Notes under the pieces: model-generated | Told to the model about the DNA's origin: nothing | Seen by the model: only the letters and a program-made list of their open reading frames with translations | Databases searched by the model: none | Assembly: GCA_016213935.1 (NCBI GenBank) | Contig: JACQZG010000009.1 | Span: forward strand, 647-64,646 | DNA length: 64,000 nt | DNA from: Nitrospirota bacterium | GTDB taxonomy: Bacteria > Nitrospirota > Thermodesulfovibrionia > UBA6902 | Reading direction: 5' to 3' | Part shown: positions 18,644 to 29,229 of the stretch, in pieces | Position numbering within the stretch: position 1 is the first letter of the stretch | Layout: every line of letters begins with the position of its first letter | Position numbers and translations under genes: made by a program

Positions 18644-19963
18644 CTAAGAGCTTTGTATCTTCTTTTGCCATCTTTTGGCTTTTTCAAGAATTGCTTCTTC
18701 GTTTGCTGTCATGAGTTCGCCTTTGTCAATGAGAATTTTGCCGTTGACCATTACGGTCTCTATATCCGACGGCCTCATGGAGTAGGCGATATGAGAATAG
18801 ATATCGTAAATAGGAAGGAGGTGCGGCCTGTTGAGAGATGCAATAACGAGGTCAGCCCTTTTGCCCGGTTTGATGGAGCCTGTAATCTCTCCGAGGCCGA
18901 TTATTTCAGCGCCGGCCTTCGTTGCCATGAGCAATGCTGTTTTGCTGTTGACGACTGTGGGGTCAGAAGATACAGCCTTATGTACTTTGGCGGCAGTGGA
19001 GAGTTCTCCAAGTATGTTAAGGTCATTGTTGCTGGCGGCGCCGTCTGTCCCGAGGCCTACAGTTATTCCAGCCTTAAGGAGTTTGGGCACAGGCGCAAAA
19101 CCCGATGCCAGCTTCAGGTTGCTCTCAATACAATGGGCAACGCCTACCTTTTTCTTAGCGAGGATATCGATGTCATTATCCGTCAGCCAGACGCAGTGCG
19201 CTGCTGAGACTCTTTCGGAAAGGAAACCTATGGAGTCAAGGTGCTCGACAGGTGTTTTGCCAAATCTCTGACGGCATTGGGCGACTTCAAACTCTGTCTC
19301 GGCGAGATGAGTATGAAGCCTGACACCGTATTTTTCAGCGAGTTCTCTGGCGCGCGTGTAATTTTCAGGGCTGCAGGTGAATGTGGCGTGCGGAGCTACT
19401 GCAGTTGTAACCAGTTCATTGCCCTTCCAGTTTCTGATATGTTCCTCAGCCTTTCTGAAATAATCATCAGGGCCTTGAGAATAATCTTTCCAGGGGAAGT
19501 CTATAATCCCGGAGCCGAGAACAGCCCTCATTCCAATTGAAGTAAGCTTTTCGCCCGCGATATTTTCATAGAAGTACATGTCGTTGAAGGTGGTAACTCC
19601 TCCTTTCAGCATCTCGAGGCAGGCGAGTTCAACCGCGTCTCCGACGAATTCGGCGGAAAGCCACTTCATCTCATTCGGCCAAATATGTTTTTCAAGCCAT
19701 TCCTGAAGGGGCAGGTCGTCTGCTATGCCCCTAAAATAAACCATCGCGGCATGAGTATGAGTATTGACGAAGCCCGGGAATATTACCTTTTCTGTACCGT
19801 CAGTGACATTGCTTGAAGAGTATTTTTTGGAGATATCGGAGAAAGCCCCTGCAGCGGCAATATCCGTGCCTGATACGGCAACTGCTCCGTCATTGATGAT
19901 GCTCAGGTCGCCCTCCATTGTAAGGAGGTAATCGGCTTTGATTATGTGGTCAACTTTTAGCAT
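18644..19963 (-). CDS. mtaD: Amidohydrolase, 5-methylthioadenosine/S-adenosylhomocysteine deaminase-like
   Basis: PGFVNTHTHAAMVYFRGIADDLPLQEWL metal-binding start; ~440 aa TIM-barrel amidohydrolase. Confidence 0.75.
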   Translation of the reverse strand: MLKVDHIIKADYLLTMEGDLSIINDGAVAVSGTDIAAAGAFSDISKKYSSSNVTDGTEKVIFPGFVNTHTHAAMVYFRGIADDLPLQEWLEKHIWPNEMKWLSAEFVGDAVELACLEMLKGGVTTFNDMYFYENIAGEKLTSIGMRAVLGSGIIDFPWKDYSQGPDDYFRKAEEHIRNWKGNELVTTAVAPHATFTCSPENYTRARELAEKYGVRLHTHLAETEFEVAQCRQRFGKTPVEHLDSIGFLSERVSAAHCVWLTDNDIDILAKKKVGVAHCIESNLKLASGFAPVPKLLKAGITVGLGTDGAASNNDLNILGELSTAAKVHKAVSSDPTVVNSKTALLMATKAGAEIIGLGEITGSIKPGKRADLVIASLNRPHLLPIYDIYSHIAYSMRPSDIETVMVNGKILIDKGELMTANEEAILEKAKRWQKKIQSS

Positions 19964-19970
19964 ATTATGC

Positions 19971-20984
19971 TTACTCTATCAACTTCTCCGCTATCTGCAC
20001 CGCGTTCAGTGCGGCGCCCTTTCGGAGGTTGTCGGCCACTATCCACATGTTGATGCCGTTTTCTACAGACTCATCCTCTCTTATTCTTCCCACATAGGTC
20101 TCATCTTTGCCCGCAACATATATCGGAAGAGGATAGATATTCTTTTGCGGCGCATCGTATACAACAATCCCTGCTTTTGAAGAGAGTATGGCGCGCACTT
20201 CATTGGCCGTAAGCTTCTTTTCCGTCTCTATATTGACTGATTCAGAATGGCATTTAAATACCGGGACCCTTACGGTTGTCGCAGTGACCTTTATCGACTG
20301 GTCGCCCATTATCTTGCGTGTTTCATTGACCATCTTCATCTCTTCTTTCGTATATCCGTTATCGAGGAAGCTGTCTATATGGGGCAGGCAGTTGAATGCT
20401 ATCTGATGCGGATAGACCTTTGGCGTTATCTCCCTGAAGTTAAGGAACGCCGTGCACTGTTCATGAAGTTCATTCATCGCCTTCATCCCTGTTCCGGACA
20501 CAGACTGAAAAGTTGTCACGACTATCCTTTTGATCTTTGCCGCGTCATGAATGGGTTTAAGCGGAAGGACCATCTGAATGGTCGAACAGTTGGGATTCGC
20601 TATAATGCCTTTATGCCACATGAGGTCATGGGAGTTTACTTCAGGCACGACGAGAGGGACAGACGGGTCCATTCTCCACGCGCTCGAGTTGTCGATGACG
20701 ACGCTGCCGGCTTTTGCCGCGGCAGGCGCAAAATCGAGGCTCCTCTGCCCGCCGGCGGAAAAGAGTGCTATATCAATTCCTTCAAAGACATCATCCTTAA
20801 GAACTTCCACACTAACTGGTTTGCCGTGAAAATTAATCGTGCTGCCTTTTGAGCGCTCGGAGGCAAAAAGCCTCAATTGTCCCACCGGAAAATTTCTCTC
20901 TTCAAGTATGGATACCATCTCGTTTCCGACCGCTCCGGTGGCTCCAACCACTGCTACGATGTATTTTTCTTTTTTCTTAAGCAT
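19971..20984 (-). CDS. asd: Aspartate-semialdehyde dehydrogenase
   Basis: VAVVGATGAVGNEMVSILEERNFP ... SAWRMDPSVPLVVPEVN. Confidence 0.9.
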   Translation of the reverse strand: MLKKKEKYIVAVVGATGAVGNEMVSILEERNFPVGQLRLFASERSKGSTINFHGKPVSVEVLKDDVFEGIDIALFSAGGQRSLDFAPAAAKAGSVVIDNSSAWRMDPSVPLVVPEVNSHDLMWHKGIIANPNCSTIQMVLPLKPIHDAAKIKRIVVTTFQSVSGTGMKAMNELHEQCTAFLNFREITPKVYPHQIAFNCLPHIDSFLDNGYTKEEMKMVNETRKIMGDQSIKVTATTVRVPVFKCHSESVNIETEKKLTANEVRAILSSKAGIVVYDAPQKNIYPLPIYVAGKDETYVGRIREDESVENGINMWIVADNLRKGAALNAVQIAEKLIE

Positions 20985-21098
20985 GATTTGATATCCTTCA
21001 TTCTCCTGTTTGTCATTCCGAGGAAACGAGGAATCTTAAAATTTTTCCCTTTGCCTCCCTGCCGGCAGGGTCGAAATGACACAAATTGGATAAAATTT

Positions 21099-22163
21099 TT
21101 ATTTTAAATTCTTCACCACAAGGTCGCCGACTTCAGTGGTGCTGTATCCCATCTTGCCTGCCGCAAGGCTCTTTATGTTATTCGCGGTGACATTCATAAC
21201 GGCTTTCTCGATCGCCTTTCCGCTCTCTGTTTCACCCAGGCTCTCGAGCATAAGCCCTCCGGCGCATATTGCGGCAAGAGGGTTAATGATATTCTGCCCT
21301 TTATATTTCGGCGCAGAGCCTCCGATGGGCTCAAACATCGAGACGCCTTCAGGGTTGATATTTCCGCCTGCGGCAATGCCCATCCCACCCTGTATCATAG
21401 CGCCGAGGTCAGTGATTATGTCTCCGAACATATTATCAGTCACGATTACGTCAAACCATTCCGGGTTTTTGACGAACCACATAGTTATTGCATCGACATG
21501 AGCATAGGCGGTTTTAATGCCCGGGTACTCTTTCGCGACCTCGTAAAATGTTCTTTCCCAAAGGTCGAACGCGAATGTCAGGACATTTGTCTTTCCGCAG
21601 AGGGTCAGCTTATTTGCCTTATTCCTTTTTTTGCAATATTCAAATGCATAACGTATGCACCGCTCAACACCTTTACGCGTGTTTATCGAATCCTGTATCG
21701 CGACTTCGTCAGGCGTCCCTTTTTTCAGAACTCCACCGGCGCCGGCGTAAATGCCTTCGGTGTTCTCTCTTATTACAACAAAGTCAATGTCATCGGGACC
21801 TTTGTCTTTGAGCGGGCATTCGATACCGGGATAGAGTTTTACAGGCCTCAGATTTATGTATTGGTCAAGTTCAAAGCGGAGCCTGAGAAGTATGCCTTTC
21901 TCAAGTATTCCGGGCTTTACGTCGGGATGGCCTATGGCGCCAAGGTATATTGCGTCATGTTTTTTAAGTTCCGTGACAGCATTTTCCGGCAGGACTTCGC
22001 CTGTCTTGAGGTATCTGTCGCCTCCGAAATCATAATAAGTGAAATCAAGCCTGAAGCCTGATTTTTCTGATTCGGCTTTGAGAACCTTAACGCCCTCGGC
22101 TATCACCTCGGGGCCTGTCCCGTCGCCGGGAATCACAGCAATGTTGTAAGTTTTGGACATCAC
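21099..22163 (-). CDS. leuB: 3-isopropylmalate dehydrogenase (isocitrate/isopropylmalate DH family)
   Basis: YNIAVIPGDGTGPEV ... VIRENTEGIYAG ... NPLAAI. A family-level call; it could also be a tartrate/homoisocitrate-type enzyme. Confidence 0.7.
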   Translation of the reverse strand: MMSKTYNIAVIPGDGTGPEVIAEGVKVLKAESEKSGFRLDFTYYDFGGDRYLKTGEVLPENAVTELKKHDAIYLGAIGHPDVKPGILEKGILLRLRFELDQYINLRPVKLYPGIECPLKDKGPDDIDFVVIRENTEGIYAGAGGVLKKGTPDEVAIQDSINTRKGVERCIRYAFEYCKKRNKANKLTLCGKTNVLTFAFDLWERTFYEVAKEYPGIKTAYAHVDAITMWFVKNPEWFDVIVTDNMFGDIITDLGAMIQGGMGIAAGGNINPEGVSMFEPIGGSAPKYKGQNIINPLAAICAGGLMLESLGETESGKAIEKAVMNVTANNIKSLAAGKMGYSTTEVGDLVVKNLK

Positions 22164-22239
22164 ATACCTCTTTAATCAGTTATAAAATATAATTTCAAAA
22201 AGCTGACAGCTATAAGCTGATGGCTGATCGCTTGTTTCT

Positions 22240-22315
22240 TGGTGATCCCAACGGGACTCGAACCCGTGTTTCCGGCGTGAGAGGCCAGCGTCCTGGGCCA
22301 CTAGACGATGGGACC
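22240..22315 (-). tRNA. tRNA-Glu (anticodon CTC)
   Basis: The reverse complement reads GGTCCCATCGTCTAGTGGCCCAGGAC...CTCTCAC...GGGTTCGAGTCCCGTTGGGATCACCA. It folds as a cloverleaf with an encoded CCA. The anticodon loop CUCUCAC gives CUC. Confidence 0.8.
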
Positions 22316-22417
22316 AATAAAAACAGCGTTCAGCATTCAGCTATCAGCGAAGAAATCAAAATTTAGTTCTCTGAAATTTTTCAGCAGAAAGCTGATGGCT
22401 GACTGCTGATAGCTGTT

Positions 22418-22491
22418 TGGCTGGGGAGAGAGGATTTGAACCCCTACAAGCAGATCCAGAGTCTGCCGTGCTACCGTTACACTACTCCCCA
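22418..22491 (-). tRNA. tRNA-Gln (anticodon CTG)
   Basis: The reverse complement reads TGGGGAGTAGTGTAACGGTAGCACGGCAGACTCTGGATCTGC...GGTTCAAATCCTCTCTCCCCAGCCA. U1-A72 and a CCCCAGCCA 3' end are typical of tRNA-Gln. The anticodon loop CUCUGGA gives CUG. Confidence 0.75.
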
Positions 22492-22585
22492 AAACCAGAT
22501 TATTTTATATTATGATTGTTATATAATACAAGCTGTTCCCGGCAATTAAAATTTAAACTGAATAAGATTTTAAAGGACGGTAAAC

Positions 22586-23518
22586 ATGAAAAGAATCCTT
22601 GTTACGGGCGGTGCAGGTTTTTTAGGCTCACACCTTTGTAAAAGGCTGCTTAAGGAAGGGCACGAGGTTCTCTGCGTTGACAATTTTTACACGGGGCGCA
22701 GGCACAATATATCCGGCCTTGTCTCAAATCCCAATTTTGAAATACTGAGGCATGACATATGTTTTCCGCTTTATGTCGAGGTGGATGAAATCTATAACCT
22801 TGCATGCCCGGCTTCTCCAATCCATTATCAGTTTGATCCCGTTCAGACAACAAAGACCTCTGTACACGGAGCCATAAATGTCCTCGGCCTTGCCAAAAGA
22901 ATAAAGGCAAAAGTTCTTCAGGCCTCGACATCCGAAGTATACGGTGACCCCGCGGTTCATCCTCAGAAAGAGAGTTACTGGGGGAATGTAAACCCGATAG
23001 GGATACGTTCATGCTATGACGAAGGCAAACGCTGTGCCGAGACACTCTTTTTTGATTATCACAGGCAGCATTCTCTCAGGATAAAGGTCGCAAGGATATT
23101 CAATACCTACGGCCCGAATATGCACCCTCAGGACGGGAGGGTTGTGAGCAATTTCATAATGCAGGCATTAAAGGGCGAGAATATTACCGTTTACGGAAAA
23201 GGCATGCAGACGAGAAGTTTCTGTTATGTTGATGATCTTATAGACGGCATGGTCAAACTAATGGAGTCGTCTGACAGGTTTACCGGCCCGGTGAATCTCG
23301 GCAACCCTGACGAGTTCAGCATATTGGAACTCGCGAATGTTGTGATAGAACTTACGGGTTCAAAATCAAAGATAGTCTTCAGGCAGCTTCCAAAGGACGA
23401 TCCCGTGCAGAGACAGCCTGATATCTCTCTTGCGTGGAAAGAGCTGAAGTGGAAGCCTCAGGTAAAGCTTAGGGAAGGTTTAAAGAAGACGATACAATAT
23501 TTCAGCAAACTCGCGTGA
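22586..23518 (+). CDS. uxs: UDP-glucuronate decarboxylase (UDP-xylose synthase), NAD-dependent epimerase/dehydratase family
   Basis: [12 protein letters not shown] ... [24 protein letters not shown], characteristic of UXS. Confidence 0.85.
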   Translation: MKRILVTGGAGFLGSHLCKRLLKEGHEVLCVDNFYTGRRHNISGLVSNPNFEILRHDICFPLYVEVDEIYNLACPASPIHYQFDPVQTTKTSVHGAINVLGLAKRIKAKVLQASTSEVYGDPAVHPQKESYWGNVNPIGIRSCYDEGKRCAETLFFDYHRQHSLRIKVARIFNTYGPNMHPQDGRVVSNFIMQALKGENITVYGKGMQTRSFCYVDDLIDGMVKLMESSDRFTGPVNLGNPDEFSILELANVVIELTGSKSKIVFRQLPKDDPVQRQPDISLAWKELKWKPQVKLREGLKKTIQYFSKLA

Positions 23519-23543
23519 GATTTTACAGTGAGTGAAACCGGAA

Positions 23544-24221
23544 TCATGCCGGAGGATTAATAAGAATCCCGTTCTCCCTGCCGGACTTTATACACACTTT
23601 CCCGCCTGTTAGGGTTATCTTTCCTTCGGCATAAAGCTTGATCGCGAGCGGGAATATCCTGTGTTCCTGCTTAAGAATTCTTTCTGACAACGTATCTTCG
23701 GTGTCATCTTCGTATACCGGAACCGCGGCCTGCATGATTATAGGCCCGGTATCAACGCCTTCGTCAACGAAATGCACGGTGCATCCGGATATCTTTACTC
23801 CGTAATCAACAGCCTGTTTCTGCCCGTGCAGGCCGGGGAAGGAGGGGAGGAGGGCAGGGTGTATGTTCATTATCTTATTATTGTATCTCTCAATTAAGGG
23901 TTTGCCGACCACCCTCATAAAACCCGCGAGCACGACAAGCTCCACGCCCCTCTTTTGAAGTTCGTCAGCGATATGCGCGTAGAATAAATCTTTATTAGAG
24001 AAGTTCTTAAGATTAATTACAAGCGATTCGATCTTATGTTTCTTCGCCCTCTCGATCGCAAAAGCATCAGCCTTGTCGCTTATCAGGACAGCTATCTCGG
24101 CAGGTATAAATCCTGATTCGATATTATCTATTATGGACTGGAAATTGGAGCCTCTTCCCGAGGCAAGAACGCCTATTTTAAGCATCTCAGACATATTTGA
24201 CACCGCCGCGCCCTTTTTCAA
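23544..24221 (-). CDS. purN: Phosphoribosylglycinamide formyltransferase
   Basis: IGVLASGRGSNFQSII ... NIHPALLPSFPG ... SGCTVHFVDEGVDTGPII. Confidence 0.85.
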   Translation of the reverse strand: MKKGAAVSNMSEMLKIGVLASGRGSNFQSIIDNIESGFIPAEIAVLISDKADAFAIERAKKHKIESLVINLKNFSNKDLFYAHIADELQKRGVELVVLAGFMRVVGKPLIERYNNKIMNIHPALLPSFPGLHGQKQAVDYGVKISGCTVHFVDEGVDTGPIIMQAAVPVYEDDTEDTLSERILKQEHRIFPLAIKLYAEGKITLTGGKVCIKSGRENGILINPPA

Positions 24222-25221
24222 TCTGCCCGATTACAAATGCCTTTTCTCCAAGTGAATTAAGTCTCTTGATAATTTTCGCCGTATCATCTTTATTGACGAC
24301 GAGCATGAACCCGATTCCCATATTAAATGTCCTGTACATCTCGTCTTCCGATACATTGCCTTCATTCTGCATAATGCTGAATATTTTATGGACAGGCCAA
24401 CTTCCTCTTTCTATTACGGCTTTCAGATTCTTCTTTTCGGGCAATATGCGGGGAAGATTTTCGGTGATGCCGCCGCCTGTGATATGCGCCATTCCCTTAA
24501 CCTTGAATTTGCTTATGATCTCCAAGATGCTTTTGACGTAAATCCGTGTCGGCTTGAGAAGCTCGTCTCCGACAGAGCAGCCGAGTTCTTTTATCTTCTT
24601 TCGGGCATTATATTTTTTTATCTCAAAGAAGAGCTTTCTTGCGAGAGAATATCCGTTGCTGTGAAGCCCGCTGGATGAAAGTCCTATGATAATATCACCT
24701 TCTTTGATCTTTGAACCGTCAATAATCTCTTTTCTCTCCGCGATGCCGACTGCGAAACCGGCAAGGTCATATTCCCCCGCGCTATAAAACCCGGGCATCT
24801 CAGCCGTTTCGCCGCCTATAAGTGAACAGCCCGCTGTCTTGCATCCGTCCGCAATTCCTCTTATTACATCTGCCGCGACTTTTGTCGAGAGCTTTCCTGA
24901 GGCAAAGTAATCAAGGAAGAAAAGAGGCCTTGCACCGCTTGTAAGCAGGTCATTTACCGACATTGCGACGAGGTCTATGCCCACGGTATCGTGCCTGTTG
25001 AGCATAAAGGCTATCTTGAGTTTTGTGCCGACGCCGTCAGTGCCGCTTACGAGCACAGGGTCTTTGTATCTTAATTGTTTTAATCCGAAGAAGGCGCCGA
25101 ACGAGCCGATGTCATTAAGAACTCCAGGTATAAATGTGGAATGCGCCAGAGGCTTGATTATGTCAACTAATTTGTCTCCTTCTGCTATGTCCACTCCGGA
25201 TTTTTTATAAGTTAGTGCCAT
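24187..25221 (-). CDS. purM: Phosphoribosylformylglycinamidine cyclo-ligase (AIR synthetase)
   Basis: YKKSGVDIAEGDKLVDIIKP ... AHITGGGITENLPR; it overlaps purN. Confidence 0.9.
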   Translation of the reverse strand: MALTYKKSGVDIAEGDKLVDIIKPLAHSTFIPGVLNDIGSFGAFFGLKQLRYKDPVLVSGTDGVGTKLKIAFMLNRHDTVGIDLVAMSVNDLLTSGARPLFFLDYFASGKLSTKVAADVIRGIADGCKTAGCSLIGGETAEMPGFYSAGEYDLAGFAVGIAERKEIIDGSKIKEGDIIIGLSSSGLHSNGYSLARKLFFEIKKYNARKKIKELGCSVGDELLKPTRIYVKSILEIISKFKVKGMAHITGGGITENLPRILPEKKNLKAVIERGSWPVHKIFSIMQNEGNVSEDEMYRTFNMGIGFMLVVNKDDTAKIIKRLNSLGEKAFVIGQIEKGRGGVKYV

Positions 25222-25327
25222 GTGCCTCCTTAAACCTGCTTTATTCTGACAAGCATCTGAAAAAATAGGGCTTATGAATTTTAAGTAATGGCAAATCGAA
25301 TATCAAGGTTGAATCAGCCAGATTATA

Positions 25328-26035
25328 TCAGGACTTCTTAATTTTTTTCAGCCCTTCTTTAGCCGCCATCTGTTCAGCCGCCTTTTTTGTCTTGCCGCTG
25401 CCTTTTCCGAGCATATCATTGTTGACCTTGACAGAGGCCTCAAATAATTTCTCGTGCTCCGGCCCTTTTTCGCTGTTTATCAGGTATTCGGGCAGGCATC
25501 CGAACTTTGCCTGAGTGATCTCCTGAAGAAGTGTTTTGAAGTCCACTAAAAGGTCGTCTTCGGTGATTTCAAGGAGATTATGGCTAAGAGAGCGCAGGAT
25601 GAAGTCTCTTGCCTTCTTCATCCCGCTGTCGATATATATTGCCGCGATAACCGCTTCGAAAGCATTGGCAAGAAGCGACGGTTTATTCCGCCCTCCGGAT
25701 ATTTCTTCGCCTTTTCCCATGAACAGGTATGACCCGATATCAAGCCGCTCAGCCGCCTCAGCAAGCGTGGCTTCCTTCACGAGGTAGGATTTGAGCTTTG
25801 AAAGTTTTGACTCGGGATATTTTCTGAAGTTCTCGAAGAGGTATTCGCTTATGACAAGGCCGAGAACAGAATCTCCGAGAAATTCAAGGCGCTCATTGTG
25901 AATCTGCCGGCTCTCCTTATTCTCGTGTGAATAAGACTTGTGGGTAAGGGCTTCTGTTGCGAGGGATCTTTTTTTGAAAGAATGCCCTATCGCCAGCTCA
26001 AAATCAGCTATATCTTTTGAAGACGATGGTGGCAT
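25328..26035 (-). CDS. rnc: Ribonuclease III
   Basis: [20 protein letters not shown] catalytic signature and a C-terminal dsRBD. Confidence 0.9.
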   Translation of the reverse strand: MPPSSSKDIADFELAIGHSFKKRSLATEALTHKSYSHENKESRQIHNERLEFLGDSVLGLVISEYLFENFRKYPESKLSKLKSYLVKEATLAEAAERLDIGSYLFMGKGEEISGGRNKPSLLANAFEAVIAAIYIDSGMKKARDFILRSLSHNLLEITEDDLLVDFKTLLQEITQAKFGCLPEYLINSEKGPEHEKLFEASVKVNNDMLGKGSGKTKKAAEQMAAKEGLKKIKKS

Positions 26036-27245
26036 TTGTCCCTCCGAATCCGAAGGAATTAGAGATGGCGCTTCTTATTTCAAGCTTTCTCGACACATTG
26101 GGAACATAATCGAGGTCACATTCAGGGTCACGGTTGTCAAGGTTAATGGTCGGAGGAACGATATTGTTATGAATGCTGAGAACGCTTATTATGCCTTCAA
26201 TCCCGCCTGCCGCCCCGAGGAGATGGCCTGTCATGGACTTTGTTGAACTGACGCATAATTTGTAAGCATGTTCTTTAAAGACTTTTTTGATTGCCGCGGT
26301 TTCAAGTTCATCGCCGTATTTCGTCGATGTCCCGTGAGCATTTATATAATCAATTTCCTCAATCATCAACCCTGAGTCTTTGATTGCCGCCTCCATGCAC
26401 CTGGCGGCGCCTTCGCCTTCGGGAGCAGGGCTTGAAATATGGTAGGCGTCAGAGGTCATGCCGTAACCGATGATCTCAGCGTATATTTTTGCCCCGCGCC
26501 TTAACGCGTGCCCGAGTTCTTCAAGTATCATTATTCCCGCGCCTTCGCCCATGACAAAACCGTCCCTGTCAATGTCAAAAGGCCTGCTTGCTTTTTCAGG
26601 CTCGCCGTTTCTTGTCGACAGCGCTTTCATCGCGGAGAAACCTGCTATGGCGAGAGGCGTTATGACAGCTTCGGTTCCTCCCGCTATCATTACATCAGCA
26701 ATATCATTTTGTATAAGCCTGAACGCATCTCCTATGGAATGAGTGCCGCTTGCGCAGGCTGTAACAACCGCGGAGTTTGGGCCCTTTGCCCCGAACCTGA
26801 TGGATATTTGGCCTGAAGCGAGATTGATTATAGTCATCGGAATGAAGAAGGGGGTGACCTTTTTCGGGCCTTTCTCTGTCAGGACTTTTGCGTAGCGTTC
26901 GATTGCAGGGAGGCCTCCCATTCCTGCGCCAACTATGACGCCGGTTCTTTCAGCAATGTCGGGGGAAATCTTCAGGCCTGAATCTTCCATGGCCATCGTC
27001 GCGGCGGCGAGGCCAAGATGGATGAAGCGGTCCATTTTCTTCTGTTCTTTGATTTCGATATGGTTGTCTATATTGAAATCCTTCACTTCAGCGGCAATCT
27101 GGCAAGGGAATTCAGCGGGATCGAAATGAGTAATTCTTGAGACTCCTGATTTGCCGTTGATGAGTCCATCCCAGGATATCGCGGTTCCTGTCCCGAGGGG
27201 GGTTACCATACCCACCCCTGTTATAACAACCCTCCTTGGCGTCAT
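26004..27245 (-). CDS. fabF: Beta-ketoacyl-ACP synthase II
   Basis: [14 protein letters not shown] ... active-site Cys in [10 protein letters not shown] ... HGTSTKYGD. Confidence 0.9.
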   Translation of the reverse strand: MTPRRVVITGVGMVTPLGTGTAISWDGLINGKSGVSRITHFDPAEFPCQIAAEVKDFNIDNHIEIKEQKKMDRFIHLGLAAATMAMEDSGLKISPDIAERTGVIVGAGMGGLPAIERYAKVLTEKGPKKVTPFFIPMTIINLASGQISIRFGAKGPNSAVVTACASGTHSIGDAFRLIQNDIADVMIAGGTEAVITPLAIAGFSAMKALSTRNGEPEKASRPFDIDRDGFVMGEGAGIMILEELGHALRRGAKIYAEIIGYGMTSDAYHISSPAPEGEGAARCMEAAIKDSGLMIEEIDYINAHGTSTKYGDELETAAIKKVFKEHAYKLCVSSTKSMTGHLLGAAGGIEGIISVLSIHNNIVPPTINLDNRDPECDLDYVPNVSRKLEIRSAISNSFGFGGTNATIVFKRYS

Positions 27246-27258
27246 ATCAGGAGGCCGG

Positions 27259-27492
27259 CTATGCTGACTTATCGCCGATATATTTTACCGCGTCTTTGAC
27301 CTTTATGATCTTCTCGGCATCCTCGTCCGGGATCTCGATGTTAAACGCTTCTTCGAGCGCCATTACAAGCTCAACGGTATCAAGCGAGTCAGCGCCCAGG
27401 TCATCGATAAATGATGATTCGGCAGTCACCTTGTCCGCGTCAACGCCAAGCTGTTTTGAAATAATTTCCTTAACCTTTTCTTCAATCGACAT
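27259..27492 (-). CDS. acpP: Acyl carrier protein
   Basis: [18 protein letters not shown] with the phosphopantetheine serine; 77 aa. Confidence 0.9.
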   Translation of the reverse strand: MSIEEKVKEIISKQLGVDADKVTAESSFIDDLGADSLDTVELVMALEEAFNIEIPDEDAEKIIKVKDAVKYIGDKSA

Positions 27493-27586
27493 TGTCCGAC
27501 CTCCGTTTTGATAATGTTAATGGAATTTAGATATTTTTTAAGAAGTAATTATACATTTTTGAAATGATTTTTTCATTTAAACCGCA

Positions 27587-28327
27587 TTACATGTACATTC
27601 CGCCGTTGACATGTATAGCCTGGCCGGTTATATAGTCCGAATCTTTTGAAGCCAGGAAGACACAGGCATTAGCCACGTCTTCAGGGAGGCCGAACTCTCT
27701 AAGGGGAATGGCGTTTTTCATTTCTTCTTTAACCTTTTCCGGAAGGGCGTCTGTCATGGCGGTCTGGATGAAACCCGGCGCAACGGCGTTTATTCTTATG
27801 CCGCGCGCGGCGTATTCTTTAGCGAGCGTCTTTGTCATGCCTATAACGCCTGCTTTTGAAGCGCTGTAATTGACCTGTCCCGGATTTCCGCTGAAGGCCA
27901 CGACCGAAGAAATATTTATGATCTTGCCCGACCTCTGTTTCGACATTATCTTTATTGACTCCCTGCTGCATAGAAAAGTGCCTTTAAGGTTAATATCCAA
28001 TACCAAATCCCAGTCATCTTCCTTCATTCTTATGGCTAGTGAGTCCCTTGTTATGCCGGCGTTGTTGACGAGGATATCAAGCCTTTCGAATTCTTTTGTG
28101 AAAGACCCAAAAGCAGACGCTACGCTCTCCTGATTTGAAACATCGATTTTCAGAGCTATACATTTAACGCCGTATTTCAGGATTTCTTCAACGAGTTCTC
28201 CGGCCTTGTCGATATTGATGTCAGCGATGCAGATACCGGCGCCCTCTCTCGCCATTGCAAGCGCGACAGATCTGCCGATACCCTGGGCTGCTCCGGTTAT
28301 AAGCGCGTTTAAACTCTTGAGTCTCAT
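27587..28327 (-). CDS. fabG: 3-oxoacyl-ACP reductase
   Basis: SDR family: ALITGAAQGIGRSVA ... YSASKAGVIGMTK; it sits in the fab operon. Confidence 0.85.
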   Translation of the reverse strand: MRLKSLNALITGAAQGIGRSVALAMAREGAGICIADINIDKAGELVEEILKYGVKCIALKIDVSNQESVASAFGSFTKEFERLDILVNNAGITRDSLAIRMKEDDWDLVLDINLKGTFLCSRESIKIMSKQRSGKIINISSVVAFSGNPGQVNYSASKAGVIGMTKTLAKEYAARGIRINAVAPGFIQTAMTDALPEKVKEEMKNAIPLREFGLPEDVANACVFLASKDSDYITGQAIHVNGGMYM

Positions 28328-28469
28328 CTTGCCTCCATATTTAATGCTTAAAGTTTACATATTATATAAGTTCATTTTTAAATAGGCAACCGTTGGTTTA
28401 ACTTTATTTATGTGACGCCCGGCGCGAATATCTTATTGTAAAATAAGAATGTTTTTGTATAATTAAGTT

Positions 28470-29117
28470 ATGGGTGGGAAGCCTGTAATTAAAAGACTGC
28501 TGATGCTTACTGTCCTTTTTGCGTTGCTGTCTGCAGTATCTTTCGCTGAAAGCCCTGCCGCAAAGAAGTATCTTGAAATGGGTCTTGAGCTTACGGAAAG
28601 GATGGAATATTCCGGAGCGATCAATGCTTTTCAGCAGGCAATCAAACTCGACCCAGGCTATTCCGAAGCGTATTTCAGGTTAGGTAATGCGTATTATCAG
28701 ATTCACAGATATGCAGAGGCGGCAGACGCTTACAAAATGGCCGTGCGCCTGAACCAGAAACATGAAAAGGCATGCATTGCCCTCGGCGTAATTTCTTCCA
28801 TGCTTGGCAGATATGACGATGCTGTAAGCGCGTTCCAGACCGCCTTAAAGGCAAATCCCAACAACTCTGAGGCGCATTATAATTTGGGAATAATATACGT
28901 TGAAACCGGCAGGAAGGAAGCCGCGGTCGAGGCATATAAGAGCGCTGTGAAGATCCGCCCCGATTACGCAAAGGCGAGATATAATCTTGGGGTGCTGTGT
29001 GTTGAATTGGGAGATAAATTCCTTAAGCTTGCCATCGAACAAAAAACCGCCCTTGAAAAACTTGACAAAGGCCTTGCCGACAGCCTGGGCGATTTGATCA
29101 GCAGTTCCGGATATTAG
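28470..29117 (+). CDS. Secreted TPR-repeat protein
   Basis: Signal peptide followed by four or five TPR units (AYFRLGNAYYQIHRYAEA... etc.). Confidence 0.7.
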   Translation: MGGKPVIKRLLMLTVLFALLSAVSFAESPAAKKYLEMGLELTERMEYSGAINAFQQAIKLDPGYSEAYFRLGNAYYQIHRYAEAADAYKMAVRLNQKHEKACIALGVISSMLGRYDDAVSAFQTALKANPNNSEAHYNLGIIYVETGRKEAAVEAYKSAVKIRPDYAKARYNLGVLCVELGDKFLKLAIEQKTALEKLDKGLADSLGDLISSSGY

Positions 29118-29229
29118 GCTTTTCATCGGCAGGAGCCCTTGGCAGTCCGCAGGCACCGCTAATTCTGTATATAAACCATGTCAACCCGTCAACTACAAAA
29201 AATAATTATATAATTGTATTATAAGTTCA

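Noticed and set aside
20985-21098. CCCTGCCGGCAGGG palindrome between asd and leuB as a terminator
   Set aside because: The perfect 7-bp inverted repeat has no adjacent U/A tract on the relevant strand, so its function is unclear.
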